Below, one piece after another: positions 7,836-16,980 of a stretch of DNA of 64,000 nucleotides (the first letter of the stretch is position 1; each line of letters opens with the position of its first letter). Under the pieces are notes generated by a model. The model was not told the DNA's origin and searched no databases. It worked only from the letters and a program-made list of their open reading frames with translations. The DNA comes from a virus. Its lineage: Duplodnaviria > Caudoviricetes. Made by a program: the position numbers and the translations under genes. The DNA is taken from the IMG/VR virus record IMGVR_UViG_3300023174_000037; one strand, 5' to 3'.

Positions 7836-9559
7836 TATACTTGATCTTGTTCTAATTGATCTAATCGGGCCAGTTGGTCCGGGCTAAAGTCTTCGTCTAA
7901 TTGTATACTATCTTCATCGGTGTTGTCAACATCAACTTCTTCAAATAAGGCATTAAATTGACTGTGTGCATTTTTGGCTTTCTTACCTTTGAATCCACGA
8001 GTACCTACAATGTCCATCCAATAACGATCATAGTGCTCAATGATAGCTTCGGCTTCAGCACGATCGGGTGTGGCAAATATAGCATCCACAATGTCTTTGA
8101 ATCGAGCATGGTCGCCATTTTGATTCCACATCATAGCAGGCCACGATCCGTTATCATATTCACGATTGGCACGTTGTACCGCTTCAAGATGCATCCAAAC
8201 ATTATGACCCATCAGCAATGCATAACTGAAACTGTCCCAGCTTGTTTTACCTTCTTTGCCAATTTTGTTTAGCATACCAGGTTGGTAGTAACAAACATCT
8301 TTCATTTGCAGTTGTAGACTAATTGGGCTTTCATCAAAGTGATCAACCAACCCATCTGCTACCACAGCTTGACCGTACGGACGAGTGTCAGTGCTATACT
8401 TTTTGTCATCGGCAATAGGACTCATACGATAGCACCACTTGTCATTATGTGGCAAATCAATGTGGTGATAAACCTGTCCGTTGGCAGTGGCCAAGAACGG
8501 ACTGGCACAGTCAAACGAGATTGTAAATGCTGGATTAACATACTTACGCACAGCACGTTGGATGTCTGTTAGTAATACTGCCCACTCTAGTTTGCTGGTG
8601 CCCAAGAAGTGCATCCAATCGTGAACACCTTCTTTGAGTAATCCATCGTGGCGTAGTGCCACAAGTCTACGCAATACCAAATGAACATCACACATGTTCT
8701 GTCCGCCCATACTCCATCCATCGAAATGTGTGTCTGGATATAAGTTAGGGTCACAATAGTGTTTCATTGTGTCATACCAACGATCAGCGTCGGCATGATT
8801 GGCGCCTTGTAGAACATTCAGCACTTTCATGCCACCATTCTTAGCACCTTTACGATGGCGCATATAGTAATCATTGTTATACTTGGTGGCCGCTACTGCT
8901 TCTTCTAATGTTGTGATACCACATTTGTCGCTGGCATTTTTATCATGTATGACCCAGGTCGGAATATCAAGTGTCATGCCATAATCTGAAACACCATCCA
9001 ACCATTTAACTACCGCCTCTCGTTTCTTCTGTGCAGCATCTAACAAGTTCTGGTAGTTCTTAACATGATCAATCTTGACATACTTTTTGTTGCCATTCTT
9101 ATCGTGCTTGGGCGTTCCGTCTGGTTTAAGATCTAATACGTGTTCAACACCTTTGGCCTTGAGTTCGGCCATCTTAGCCACGACCTCGGGACTAGTTGGG
9201 TCACGCCATTCACCTTCCCATAAGCCTTTGGCAATTTGGAATCCACCCGAGTCGCCTAACATAAGAGTACCTGGCTCACGATTACGAACCATGTCTTCAG
9301 ACCAGTCCTGCTTGGTAAGATCCAAGTTGGCATGTCCACCCGAGTAAAGCGACCATCGGTACGGAAACAGACCTTTGGCGCTGTTAAGCCAGTTCATCTG
9401 TTCCATGTCTTTTATTGCAGCAGGCATACGTGCCGGATCCACATAAGGACCATTAACCGGATCACGTTGTTTGCCTATGTAAGTGGCATAGAAGCCACTG
9501 ATAGCCGGCAGGAATACAGCGTAATCGTTTTGCTTGGCGGTTAAGTTATCTTGGGTCAC
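7835..9559 (-). CDS. TGT-family guanine transglycosylase (DpdA-like)
   Basis: LGDSGGFQ, MTLDIP, VLQG, DGWSMGG, HFLG, SFDCASP, GHN motifs in TGT order; clustered with queD and folE. Confidence 0.88.
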   Translation of the reverse strand: MTQDNLTAKQNDYAVFLPAISGFYATYIGKQRDPVNGPYVDPARMPAAIKDMEQMNWLNSAKGLFPYRWSLYSGGHANLDLTKQDWSEDMVRNREPGTLMLGDSGGFQIAKGLWEGEWRDPTSPEVVAKMAELKAKGVEHVLDLKPDGTPKHDKNGNKKYVKIDHVKNYQNLLDAAQKKREAVVKWLDGVSDYGMTLDIPTWVIHDKNASDKCGITTLEEAVAATKYNNDYYMRHRKGAKNGGMKVLNVLQGANHADADRWYDTMKHYCDPNLYPDTHFDGWSMGGQNMCDVHLVLRRLVALRHDGLLKEGVHDWMHFLGTSKLEWAVLLTDIQRAVRKYVNPAFTISFDCASPFLATANGQVYHHIDLPHNDKWCYRMSPIADDKKYSTDTRPYGQAVVADGLVDHFDESPISLQLQMKDVCYYQPGMLNKIGKEGKTSWDSFSYALLMGHNVWMHLEAVQRANREYDNGSWPAMMWNQNGDHARFKDIVDAIFATPDRAEAEAIIEHYDRYWMDIVGTRGFKGKKAKNAHSQFNALFEEVDVDNTDEDSIQLDEDFSPDQLARLDQLEQDQV

Positions 9560-10278
9560 TTGCTTTGTGCTGGAATAATGTAGGTGTAAACAGCAACTCC
9601 GGAATCAACTGTGATTTGAGCTGCACCATCATCACTGATACGCATGACTTTATCGCCGGTCAAATCAAGAATACTGATCACAGTCTTAATCGGCCATGAC
9701 CATGTGCGTTTAAGTGTTCCTGTTACTCCTGGTTGGAATACAAAGTTGCCAGCGTGTGTGCTGTGGTCACCAAAGAAAAACTTTAGATCACCGTTTTCAG
9801 TTTTGGCTTGAAAATTGACTTCTTCAGCATTGGCCTGTGCCTGCATCTTAAGTCGCTGAATAGAGGCCACTGTGGGTTCAAACTCGATGTGCCAGTTGAC
9901 ACCTTTGAATTTAACTGTCTTGGCTTTTTCAGTTACAATTTCACTGGCCATAAAACGATAGGTATTTTTAAAGTCTTTAGTGGCATTTTGAAAACTGATA
10001 CCATCGGGCTCACCGGTGGTTTTCTTTGTAACACTGAGTTCAGCGCCTTCTTTATACTCCGGCAAATTCAAAAGAATATTAAGTTTTGCCAAGTTTGGCA
10101 TACCAAACAGTCCAATAAATTCTGGCACCGGGTTAGCATACTTGCCCTCTACCACTACGCTACGATCCTCGGCTACACCAAAGATATCAGTTGACTTGTC
10201 GTCACCGGTAATTTTAACCAGGTCAATGCAACCTAATTTTAATGTATGTTCTACTAAGTCTAGTAAATGATCTTTCAT
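9556..10278 (-). CDS. DNA polymerase sliding clamp (gp45/PCNA-like), putative
   Basis: About 240 aa beta-rich protein ending YTYIIPAQ like PCNA-type clamps; lies next to polB; AGGAG precedes MKDHLL at 10278. Confidence 0.6.
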   Translation of the reverse strand: MKDHLLDLVEHTLKLGCIDLVKITGDDKSTDIFGVAEDRSVVVEGKYANPVPEFIGLFGMPNLAKLNILLNLPEYKEGAELSVTKKTTGEPDGISFQNATKDFKNTYRFMASEIVTEKAKTVKFKGVNWHIEFEPTVASIQRLKMQAQANAEEVNFQAKTENGDLKFFFGDHSTHAGNFVFQPGVTGTLKRTWSWPIKTVISILDLTGDKVMRISDDGAAQITVDSGVAVYTYIIPAQSK

Positions 10279-10309
10279 ATATTTCTCCTTGTGTTTGATT
10301 ATACGTGGT

Positions 10310-11287
10310 TTATTTAGATTTTGCAACAGGTTTAGGTAATATTTTTGCTAAACTTTGGCCGCCACGCAACGAAGTTAACTTTCCGGGTTTTCGAAGTTCT
10401 ACCCATACACTAGGCGAATCGGACTGATGACAAAATATTTCTTCAAATCCTAAATAGTTTGCCCAACCTCTAACCAATGATCCAGGAGTGTAACCAGTAA
10501 TTCCTTGTTCAACTGCCTGCATGGCCATGTAACGATCACAATCATTAAAAGTCATGGCCAACACCCCGCCTGGCAATAATTTTTGATAAATTTCTTCAAG
10601 ATATATTTTTACCATAGCAAACGGACGGTAATCTAAATAATTATAGGCCAAACAAAACCCAATCTGTTGATCAGGTAATCGATTTAAGATTGGATGATTA
10701 AACGATTCGTTGATTACGTAGGGCCGCAACCTATTTTGATACACTGGATTAAATTGTGACAGTGTAGGTTCTAACAAATAATGACTTTCGTCTACTAGAT
10801 ACAACGGATCACTAGCTGTCATTTCGTGTACGAACGGCTCCAACATTGGATGTATGATCATGGCCGGATGTTTCCAATCGCAGTAATTAGCAACTCGGCT
10901 TTTTAATGCTGATTCTGTTTCTGCATCTCTTCGAACTGGTTTATTACGATGTAACCCTAGGTAATTTTCTGTTTGTGCGTAGTTGGTTTCAAGATATTTT
11001 TCATATTCAGTGTAATTTCGATGCAACCATCCTTGCCCTTGTTCAGAAATTAATCGTTGCACTTCAGATTTTAATTCTAGTAATTCTTCTTCAATGCTGA
11101 TAAACACTGATTGCAATGCATGATTCTTTTCTTTTAATTCTTGTTGGAAACCAGCGTCAACACCGGCTTCTGGTACGTCAATGCGTTCAATAATCAACTC
11201 AAATCTGCTACGAGATTCCCGTTGAAGATCTTGCATAGTGAGTTCTTCTAAGCGGTTATTTAAGCGTATTAATTCAACTAAATTCAT
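10310..11287 (-). CDS. coiled-coil N-terminus plus class I SAM-dependent methyltransferase-like domain
   Basis: QIGFCLAYNYLDY...EIYQKLLPGGVLAMTF resembles the class I MTase C-terminal half; start chosen at MNLVEL. Confidence 0.6.
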   Translation of the reverse strand: MNLVELIRLNNRLEELTMQDLQRESRSRFELIIERIDVPEAGVDAGFQQELKEKNHALQSVFISIEEELLELKSEVQRLISEQGQGWLHRNYTEYEKYLETNYAQTENYLGLHRNKPVRRDAETESALKSRVANYCDWKHPAMIIHPMLEPFVHEMTASDPLYLVDESHYLLEPTLSQFNPVYQNRLRPYVINESFNHPILNRLPDQQIGFCLAYNYLDYRPFAMVKIYLEEIYQKLLPGGVLAMTFNDCDRYMAMQAVEQGITGYTPGSLVRGWANYLGFEEIFCHQSDSPSVWVELRKPGKLTSLRGGQSLAKILPKPVAKSK

Positions 11288-11288
11288 A

Positions 11289-13946
11289 TTACCATTCAAA
11301 CAATGTTTGGAAAGTATTTTCTGTGTTAGTAGCACTGGCCAAGTCCCACTCCAACACACCTAACAAGTTATCTAATTTTTGATCTACAACCGTGGCTTCC
11401 ATTTCAGAATGATCAAAAGGTAGATCTTTAAACCATTGCGGTATATGAGTTTCGTCTGTGGGATAACCTATGCTGGTCCATCCTAGTGGATTACTTTTGA
11501 GTTTGCATACAATGGTTTTCATTCCATCCACGATCTGCATTGAATATTTGTCGCCGTTCATCCTACGCAAATTATTCCAATTAAGTGCAGCTCGCACATG
11601 CCCAGGCATGTTGGCTTTGCCTAGTCGTTCTTCTTCCTTGCCATACTTGGTCAAGTTGTTGACACGTTTAGGACTGCCTTTTTCCCAGCCTGGACGTTCT
11701 TTAAAAATGTATTTGAACTCTCGAATTTTTTCAATAATCTGGTCACGACTTGCGCCTACCAACACTTCGTTAAGAATTTCGCTTAAGAAATCTTGAATGA
11801 CCTTGGGAGTGTCACTGCGTTTTAGATCAAGACCCATGGCTTTTACTTTACCAGGACTTCCGTGTGTGTCTACACGTTTGTTCTCTTTGTCATAATACAT
11901 GACAGCATAACGCTTTTTAGTAATAAACAAGCCCTTGCTGGCCACAATCTCTCGCCCACCTTTGATCACTGACCCCATTTCACGTGGCACGTGGAATGCA
12001 GTTTCCATAAAGCCAGGAAAGCTATCGTTGACTTGGTCAGCAATACTGTTATACAGTTGAACAGCAATTTCTCTGTTCCAGGTCATTTCACCTTTGTCAA
12101 TTGATTCTTTAAGCACAGGATAGGCAGTAAAGTAACACGAGTCTGTGTCACCATAGATAATACTTTCACCTACGTGATCGTACTTGCCAGTGATACATTC
12201 GTTTACATAGGCATCCATGTGCCGGGCAATGGCACGACCTGTCAAAGTAGTTGACTGTCCAATACGTTTATCAAAGAATCTACAACCGGGATTAAGAATA
12301 GCACCATACAACGAATTCAAGTTAATTTTCTTAACTAGTTGTCGCTTGTCCCAATATTCCTCGTCTTCTGGCGTCTTTGCTTCTTTTAGTTTGGCCTGCA
12401 TGTCTTTACGTTCGGCGTACCAACGTTTTAACAAGCCTGGGATAACTGCTTCCTTTTCAAAAGTAAAGATTGTGCCATTGGCACTGAGCATCCATGGCCG
12501 GTTACTATCAAATATGATTTTCCATACATCAGCGGCACTGTGAACCGATTCTTCTCCGTCTTTCCAATCAATGGTAATTTCTGTTCCAGGCTCAGTATTT
12601 ATAACTGCGGAATATTCTAAGCTACCAAATAATCCCTCCCATGCCGCAGCAAAACTTGATCCACTACGCATTTTGTCTTGAATATAATGGTCAGTCATTA
12701 CGGGACGTAACTGTCCAACAATAGTTTCTGGTCCCATGTTAAGCGCACGAATGGCACTTGGATACAATGAGTTGATGTCTATTGATCCTACATATTCGTG
12801 GATGCCTTTGCGAGGATAAGCAACATAGGCACCTGCCGCTTGTGTGTCTTCGTCTGAGTAACGTTCTTTACGGTTCGGCACAACCATGCCACGTTCGTGC
12901 GCTTCATTGATAATGGCCTGTTCGGTTACGGCTACAGCACCCATTGTGGTCTGTAGTAGCACAGTATTTTCATGTGCCAGTGTATTAGCTAGATCCAAGA
13001 ACTTTAGTTTCTTGTCCAGCTTGGCAAGAATCATTGTGTCTTGACGGTTGTATTCAATAAACTTTTTGAAATTTTGATTATACAGTTGATCCAATGTGCC
13101 TTCGAACACTGTCTTGGTTTCTTGCAGTTCGTATTCAGCAATGGCATCCAAGCTATAACTATGACGTTCTTCATAAGTATATTTGCGATACAGTTGCATA
13201 TAGTCCATATGCACACGACCAATCAAGTCATATGTTTCGTTTTCTGCACCAAAGCGTTCAAACATACGTTTCTTGGGATATTGATTCCACAGACAAAATC
13301 TGCGGGTGTCGTCCTTGCTGAGCACACGAGTGACACGATTTACTGTGTAGGGTATATCATAGCCCTCACTGTTCCATCCAGACAATGCGTCAGCATCTTC
13401 GATGAGATCTAAAAATGTTTTTAACATCTCATCTTCACGTTCAAACACAATGCAGTTTTCAAATTCTCGAGCAATTTCATCTGCGGTTTCGCGACTCATG
13501 TGTTTGGGCGGAACAACTAGTGTAACCATTTGCTCTAGCCATTGCAAATAGACACTAATAGCAGTAATAGCATTGAATGGGTCTGTGGTTGGCGAAAATC
13601 CACGTTCTGGATCAAAGTCCACTTCAATGTCAAAAAACGCTACATTCAGTTTTGGGCCATCTTGGCCTTTGTAGTTGTCTTCTAGGCAACGAAAAATTGG
13701 ATTAATATCGGATTCATACAGTTGTTTGCCACTCTGTATACGAATTTCTTTACGAAACTCTTTGTTGTTACGAGTGCTGAATCTGCTAACAGGTGTGCCG
13801 AATAGGCTTTGGAATTTACCACGAGGATCCTCGTAATAAAAAATGTAGTTGGCCGGATATTCCTGATAGACTCTGCGGCCATCCTTCCGTTCAACCACAT
13901 GAATACGATCGTGTTCACGATCAAATAGTGCATCTACGTAACTCAA
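11289..13946 (-). CDS. polB: family B DNA polymerase with 3'-5' exonuclease
   Basis: FDIEV, GWNSEGYD, YNRQD (ExoI-III); DINSLYP, KINLNSLYG, YGDTDS (polymerase motifs). Confidence 0.98.
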   Translation of the reverse strand: MSYVDALFDREHDRIHVVERKDGRRVYQEYPANYIFYYEDPRGKFQSLFGTPVSRFSTRNNKEFRKEIRIQSGKQLYESDINPIFRCLEDNYKGQDGPKLNVAFFDIEVDFDPERGFSPTTDPFNAITAISVYLQWLEQMVTLVVPPKHMSRETADEIAREFENCIVFEREDEMLKTFLDLIEDADALSGWNSEGYDIPYTVNRVTRVLSKDDTRRFCLWNQYPKKRMFERFGAENETYDLIGRVHMDYMQLYRKYTYEERHSYSLDAIAEYELQETKTVFEGTLDQLYNQNFKKFIEYNRQDTMILAKLDKKLKFLDLANTLAHENTVLLQTTMGAVAVTEQAIINEAHERGMVVPNRKERYSDEDTQAAGAYVAYPRKGIHEYVGSIDINSLYPSAIRALNMGPETIVGQLRPVMTDHYIQDKMRSGSSFAAAWEGLFGSLEYSAVINTEPGTEITIDWKDGEESVHSAADVWKIIFDSNRPWMLSANGTIFTFEKEAVIPGLLKRWYAERKDMQAKLKEAKTPEDEEYWDKRQLVKKINLNSLYGAILNPGCRFFDKRIGQSTTLTGRAIARHMDAYVNECITGKYDHVGESIIYGDTDSCYFTAYPVLKESIDKGEMTWNREIAVQLYNSIADQVNDSFPGFMETAFHVPREMGSVIKGGREIVASKGLFITKKRYAVMYYDKENKRVDTHGSPGKVKAMGLDLKRSDTPKVIQDFLSEILNEVLVGASRDQIIEKIREFKYIFKERPGWEKGSPKRVNNLTKYGKEEERLGKANMPGHVRAALNWNNLRRMNGDKYSMQIVDGMKTIVCKLKSNPLGWTSIGYPTDETHIPQWFKDLPFDHSEMEATVVDQKLDNLLGVLEWDLASATNTENTFQTLFEW

Positions 13947-13949
13947 ATT

Positions 13950-14029
13950 TTTCTCCGTTTATGACCGGTTAGCCATGATTCATGTTCGTAACGTGAACGA
14001 CTCGATTGTTGTTGAAAACAATATTTATA
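13950..14029 (-). promoter_or_regulatory. TATAAATA late promoter and structured 5' leader of polB
   Basis: Exact T4 late consensus at 14022-14029; hairpins GTTC-N7-GAAC and ATGGCT-AACC-GGTCAT just before the GGAG RBS. Confidence 0.55.
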
Positions 14030-14288
14030 GTGTCTTGCCCACGCTGGTTAGAATTGTTTCTAACAATTCATGGTCCTGTTGTTCTCGGCCAAATTCAGCC
14101 TTGTGTGCCAGTTTGATAGCTTTCTTAAGGATATTGGGTTTGATATCCATTTCTTCGGCAATGGCCTTGACTGTGTCGTTGAGTCCGCCGGTTAAGGTTT
14201 CAATTTCCATCATGACCTGCATGCCTTCGTTGATCACTTGGGTAAGTTTGGCCTGTTCGGTACCGCTAAAAGTTCTGCTGTTAGACAT
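14025..14288 (-). CDS. T4 DsbA-like dsDNA-binding protein
   Basis: 87 aa helical protein; size and pattern (VKAIAEEMDIKPNILKKAIKLAHK) resemble the DsbA/GapR-like family. Confidence 0.6.
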   Translation of the reverse strand: MSNSRTFSGTEQAKLTQVINEGMQVMMEIETLTGGLNDTVKAIAEEMDIKPNILKKAIKLAHKAEFGREQQDHELLETILTSVGKTL

Positions 14289-15062
14289 TTAAATCTCCTT
14301 TGAATGTTGATTATATACTAATTTTACACTGTGGTCAATAAAAAATTCATCAAATGATTGCCAAATTTGATCTAACGGTACGGCGTAACCTTGATCATAA
14401 TTTTTTACGTTGTAGGTTATTGGAATAACATTATTCTTATTCAACTGTGAAATTAAGTTTGGAAAGAACTTTTGGACAATATCCCGATTACAAATTGGTG
14501 GACTACATAAATTTTGATATTTAATTCCGCAATCAAGCGAGGTAATAATGTCAGTGGCTAGTCTATTTAATGGATACCACTGTATATAAGAATCTAAACA
14601 AATTTTGTCTAACCAAATTTGTGCCTTAAGATCGTAAAGTATATTTTTGTTCATTAACCGGTCTGACAAACTAGATAATCGTGTTATATAACTGTTAGGC
14701 ATGGCACTGATAGCCTGCTCTAACAACCAACGATTGCGACCATAACTGGCAACAGGGTAAACTAAATGCGGGTTAGCATCTGTGCTGGTTCTGGTTGAAT
14801 AAACATCCAGGGTGCTGATATACACTACTTGATTATACTTGCATTGTTCTAGTAATTTGATAATCTGTTGACAGTCATTTAAGTCTTTAGATGGGTCTTC
14901 TGTAACTGAGATTCTATTGCCTGTTGGTGCAGCAACAATTACAACATCTGATGGCTGTTCTATCAGGGCATTAGATTCATTTCGATTGTAGATAATGCTA
15001 TTGGGCAATTGTCGATGTAACGCCTGGCCAACTAGTCCCGAACCAATAATAGAATATTTCAT
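14289..15062 (-). CDS. NAD(P)-dependent epimerase/dehydratase-like protein
   Basis: IIGSGLVG, YISTLDVY, YGRNR (SDR-like YxxxK variant). Confidence 0.7.
   Translation of the reverse strand: MKYSIIGSGLVGQALHRQLPNSIIYNRNESNALIEQPSDVVIVAAPTGNRISVTEDPSKDLNDCQQIIKLLEQCKYNQVVYISTLDVYSTRTSTDANPHLVYPVASYGRNRWLLEQAISAMPNSYITRLSSLSDRLMNKNILYDLKAQIWLDKICLDSYIQWYPLNRLATDIITSLDCGIKYQNLCSPPICNRDIVQKFFPNLISQLNKNNVIPITYNVKNYDQGYAVPLDQIWQSFDEFFIDHSVKLVYNQHSKEI
14310..14338 (-). promoter_or_regulatory. sigma70-type promoter
   Basis: TTGACC-17 nt-TATAAT upstream of the dsbA-like gene. Confidence 0.75.
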
Positions 15063-15616
15063 AGGTAAGCTACTAGTATATCATCTATAGGATTCACCAC
15101 TCCAAAACTTGTACCACCGTCTAAGTATGTAATTTTATAGTTTGGATTAATTTCAAGTATTCGATCCACAATTGATTGCTTAGAAAGAAAGTTCCATGAC
15201 TCTGTATCAAACAAACGACAATCATCAATAAAAATAACATGATCCTTCCTAGGCGATAACGCAATAGCATCTAGCTCTTGAATCAATGGATTAGGCCCGT
15301 ATACATTGCTACCGGGTGTGTGTAAAGAAAAGCTACGATGTGCATCTAACCAAAATGTGCATCTTGCTGTTATTTTCTGTAAAATTTTTTGTAATACATC
15401 AGGACTGTCCCCGCAATGTATTTTTATGCAATCATTGTGTTTAAATCGTTGCTGGCACTGTTTAAATAACTGATAATTTATTTCAATGCTATGTATTGTC
15501 TGGAATCCAAAATCCATTGCAACTGCTACAGTATCGCCATGATATGTTCCTGTTTCTATAAACACGGTAGTTGAGCCTGAATATGTGTTGAGATAAAAAG
15601 TATTTAACTGTCCCAT
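15059..15616 (-). CDS. class I SAM-dependent methyltransferase-like protein
   Basis: FIETGTYHG, GDS, FWLDAH, IFIDD. Confidence 0.7.
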   Translation of the reverse strand: MGQLNTFYLNTYSGSTTVFIETGTYHGDTVAVAMDFGFQTIHSIEINYQLFKQCQQRFKHNDCIKIHCGDSPDVLQKILQKITARCTFWLDAHRSFSLHTPGSNVYGPNPLIQELDAIALSPRKDHVIFIDDCRLFDTESWNFLSKQSIVDRILEINPNYKITYLDGGTSFGVVNPIDDILVAYL

Positions 15617-16731
15617 TAGATAAATCTTTGTAGTATTATTTCTGCTGTGTGTTGATTATGCTCCTTACACCGACGCTCAAACTCGCCAGACCATATTATG
15701 TCGGCATTATGTTTTGAACTTTCTTGTGTCATGTCATTGATGTCAGATATTGAATAATTTTTTAAATCAATTATTGTATCAATCATACTGGATAAGCGAG
15801 ACAAGTTTCCAGGATCTTGGTCCCAAGACAGATCAATACTGCCGTAGTCAAACTTTAGACCAAGTTTAGTAAGTTGTCCGTAGAAATCAAACTGCCCTAC
15901 TGATATAAAAGGGGTTTGAGACAATAGACATTTAAAAGTTTTTTCACTGACATGCGGCCCAGGGCGAATAGAAGTAATTCCATTGTGAGACATTTGGCTA
16001 TAAGGATAACTTTCGTTGTTTAAATGTATAGCAGAATCTAAATAAAATGGTTGCCATGGGATGCTGTTTCTTCTTTGATAATTATGCGTATTATTAGTGA
16101 ACTCATCAACTAGTATTTCGTGCCCGTAATACTTTTCAAAAAAGATTTTAGACAAATTGTCTAATTTTTCTACTCCAGTTGGTTGCCCGTGATGAATATT
16201 TTTTTCCTCCATCCAGGTTCCTAATTTAACCAATAGATCTTCACGATCAAAGTTTTCTAACAAGGCGGTAGTTACTAGTAATTTACTTTGTGTGATACGA
16301 TTACAAATAGCACTTATTTTATATTTTAAATTTCTATTTTGTCTGTTAGGAAACCAATCCATCATTTGACGCAGATGTATATGCCAACTGTAAAAATTAA
16401 AAAAATGCACATTGTCGGGCCACGGAAAATCATAATCAGATCCATCAGCCAAAACAATAATAGGTTGTGTTATTTTTTTACATTGATCGAGCAACCAAAC
16501 ACAGTCTACTGCTTCGGAATGAAAAGACACAACATAAAGATTGTGTCCAGTAGGCAACTCTATTGAGTCAACATTGGCACTGGGCCACCTTACCCATAGT
16601 GCAAAGTAAGTGTCTTTTGGTAAATCTTGAAACCACTGGTAATCTTTCCAAAGTGTTGGAAAGGGCTGTGTTCCTATCAATGTTCCGGGTGCAATTTCCT
16701 CTTTTTCTGGAGGCAACGTACGATATGTCAT
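15616..16731 (-). CDS. hypothetical protein
   Basis: 371 aa ORF in the AT-rich block; ESYPY...SEKTFKCLLSQTPF is reminiscent of GT10-like C-termini, but the match is weak. Confidence 0.7.
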   Translation of the reverse strand: MTYRTLPPEKEEIAPGTLIGTQPFPTLWKDYQWFQDLPKDTYFALWVRWPSANVDSIELPTGHNLYVVSFHSEAVDCVWLLDQCKKITQPIIVLADGSDYDFPWPDNVHFFNFYSWHIHLRQMMDWFPNRQNRNLKYKISAICNRITQSKLLVTTALLENFDREDLLVKLGTWMEEKNIHHGQPTGVEKLDNLSKIFFEKYYGHEILVDEFTNNTHNYQRRNSIPWQPFYLDSAIHLNNESYPYSQMSHNGITSIRPGPHVSEKTFKCLLSQTPFISVGQFDFYGQLTKLGLKFDYGSIDLSWDQDPGNLSRLSSMIDTIIDLKNYSISDINDMTQESSKHNADIIWSGEFERRCKEHNQHTAEIILQRFI

Positions 16732-16769
16732 ATGTTTTATATATCATTAAACTTTGACGGGTGGTATTA

Positions 16770-16970
16770 AATGCTCACTTCAAGATACCATTCCGGGGCA
16801 CGACTCCCATAATATCTAGCCCAGCAGCCGGGCACACCTGAAGTAACGCTAACGTTCCTAAGGTAGGTGTTCTATTCTTTTGGAGGACAACAGTAAGATG
16901 GATCACACCAATCAGTTTGAGCGATGTATCCAGCGTAGGCCACGCCACAAACATACATAGCCAATGCACA
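16770..16970 (-). ncRNA. candidate structured non-coding RNA
   Basis: At least four helices; several need G-U pairs that exist only on the minus strand (see findings). Confidence 0.55.
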
Positions 16971-16980
16971 AATAATATTT

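Noticed and set aside
11289-13946. Intein or intron in polB
   Set aside because: The ORF is continuous, of ordinary length, with normally spaced motifs.
16791-16810. GGGGCACGACTCCC resembling a tRNA/tmRNA T-arm on the plus strand
   Set aside because: The loop is not TTCG, there is no acceptor stem, D-arm or CCA, and G-U pairs favour the minus strand.
16775-16969. 64 aa ORF over the candidate RNA
   Set aside because: GTG start without an RBS, no protein-like features, and strand-specific helices explain the region better.
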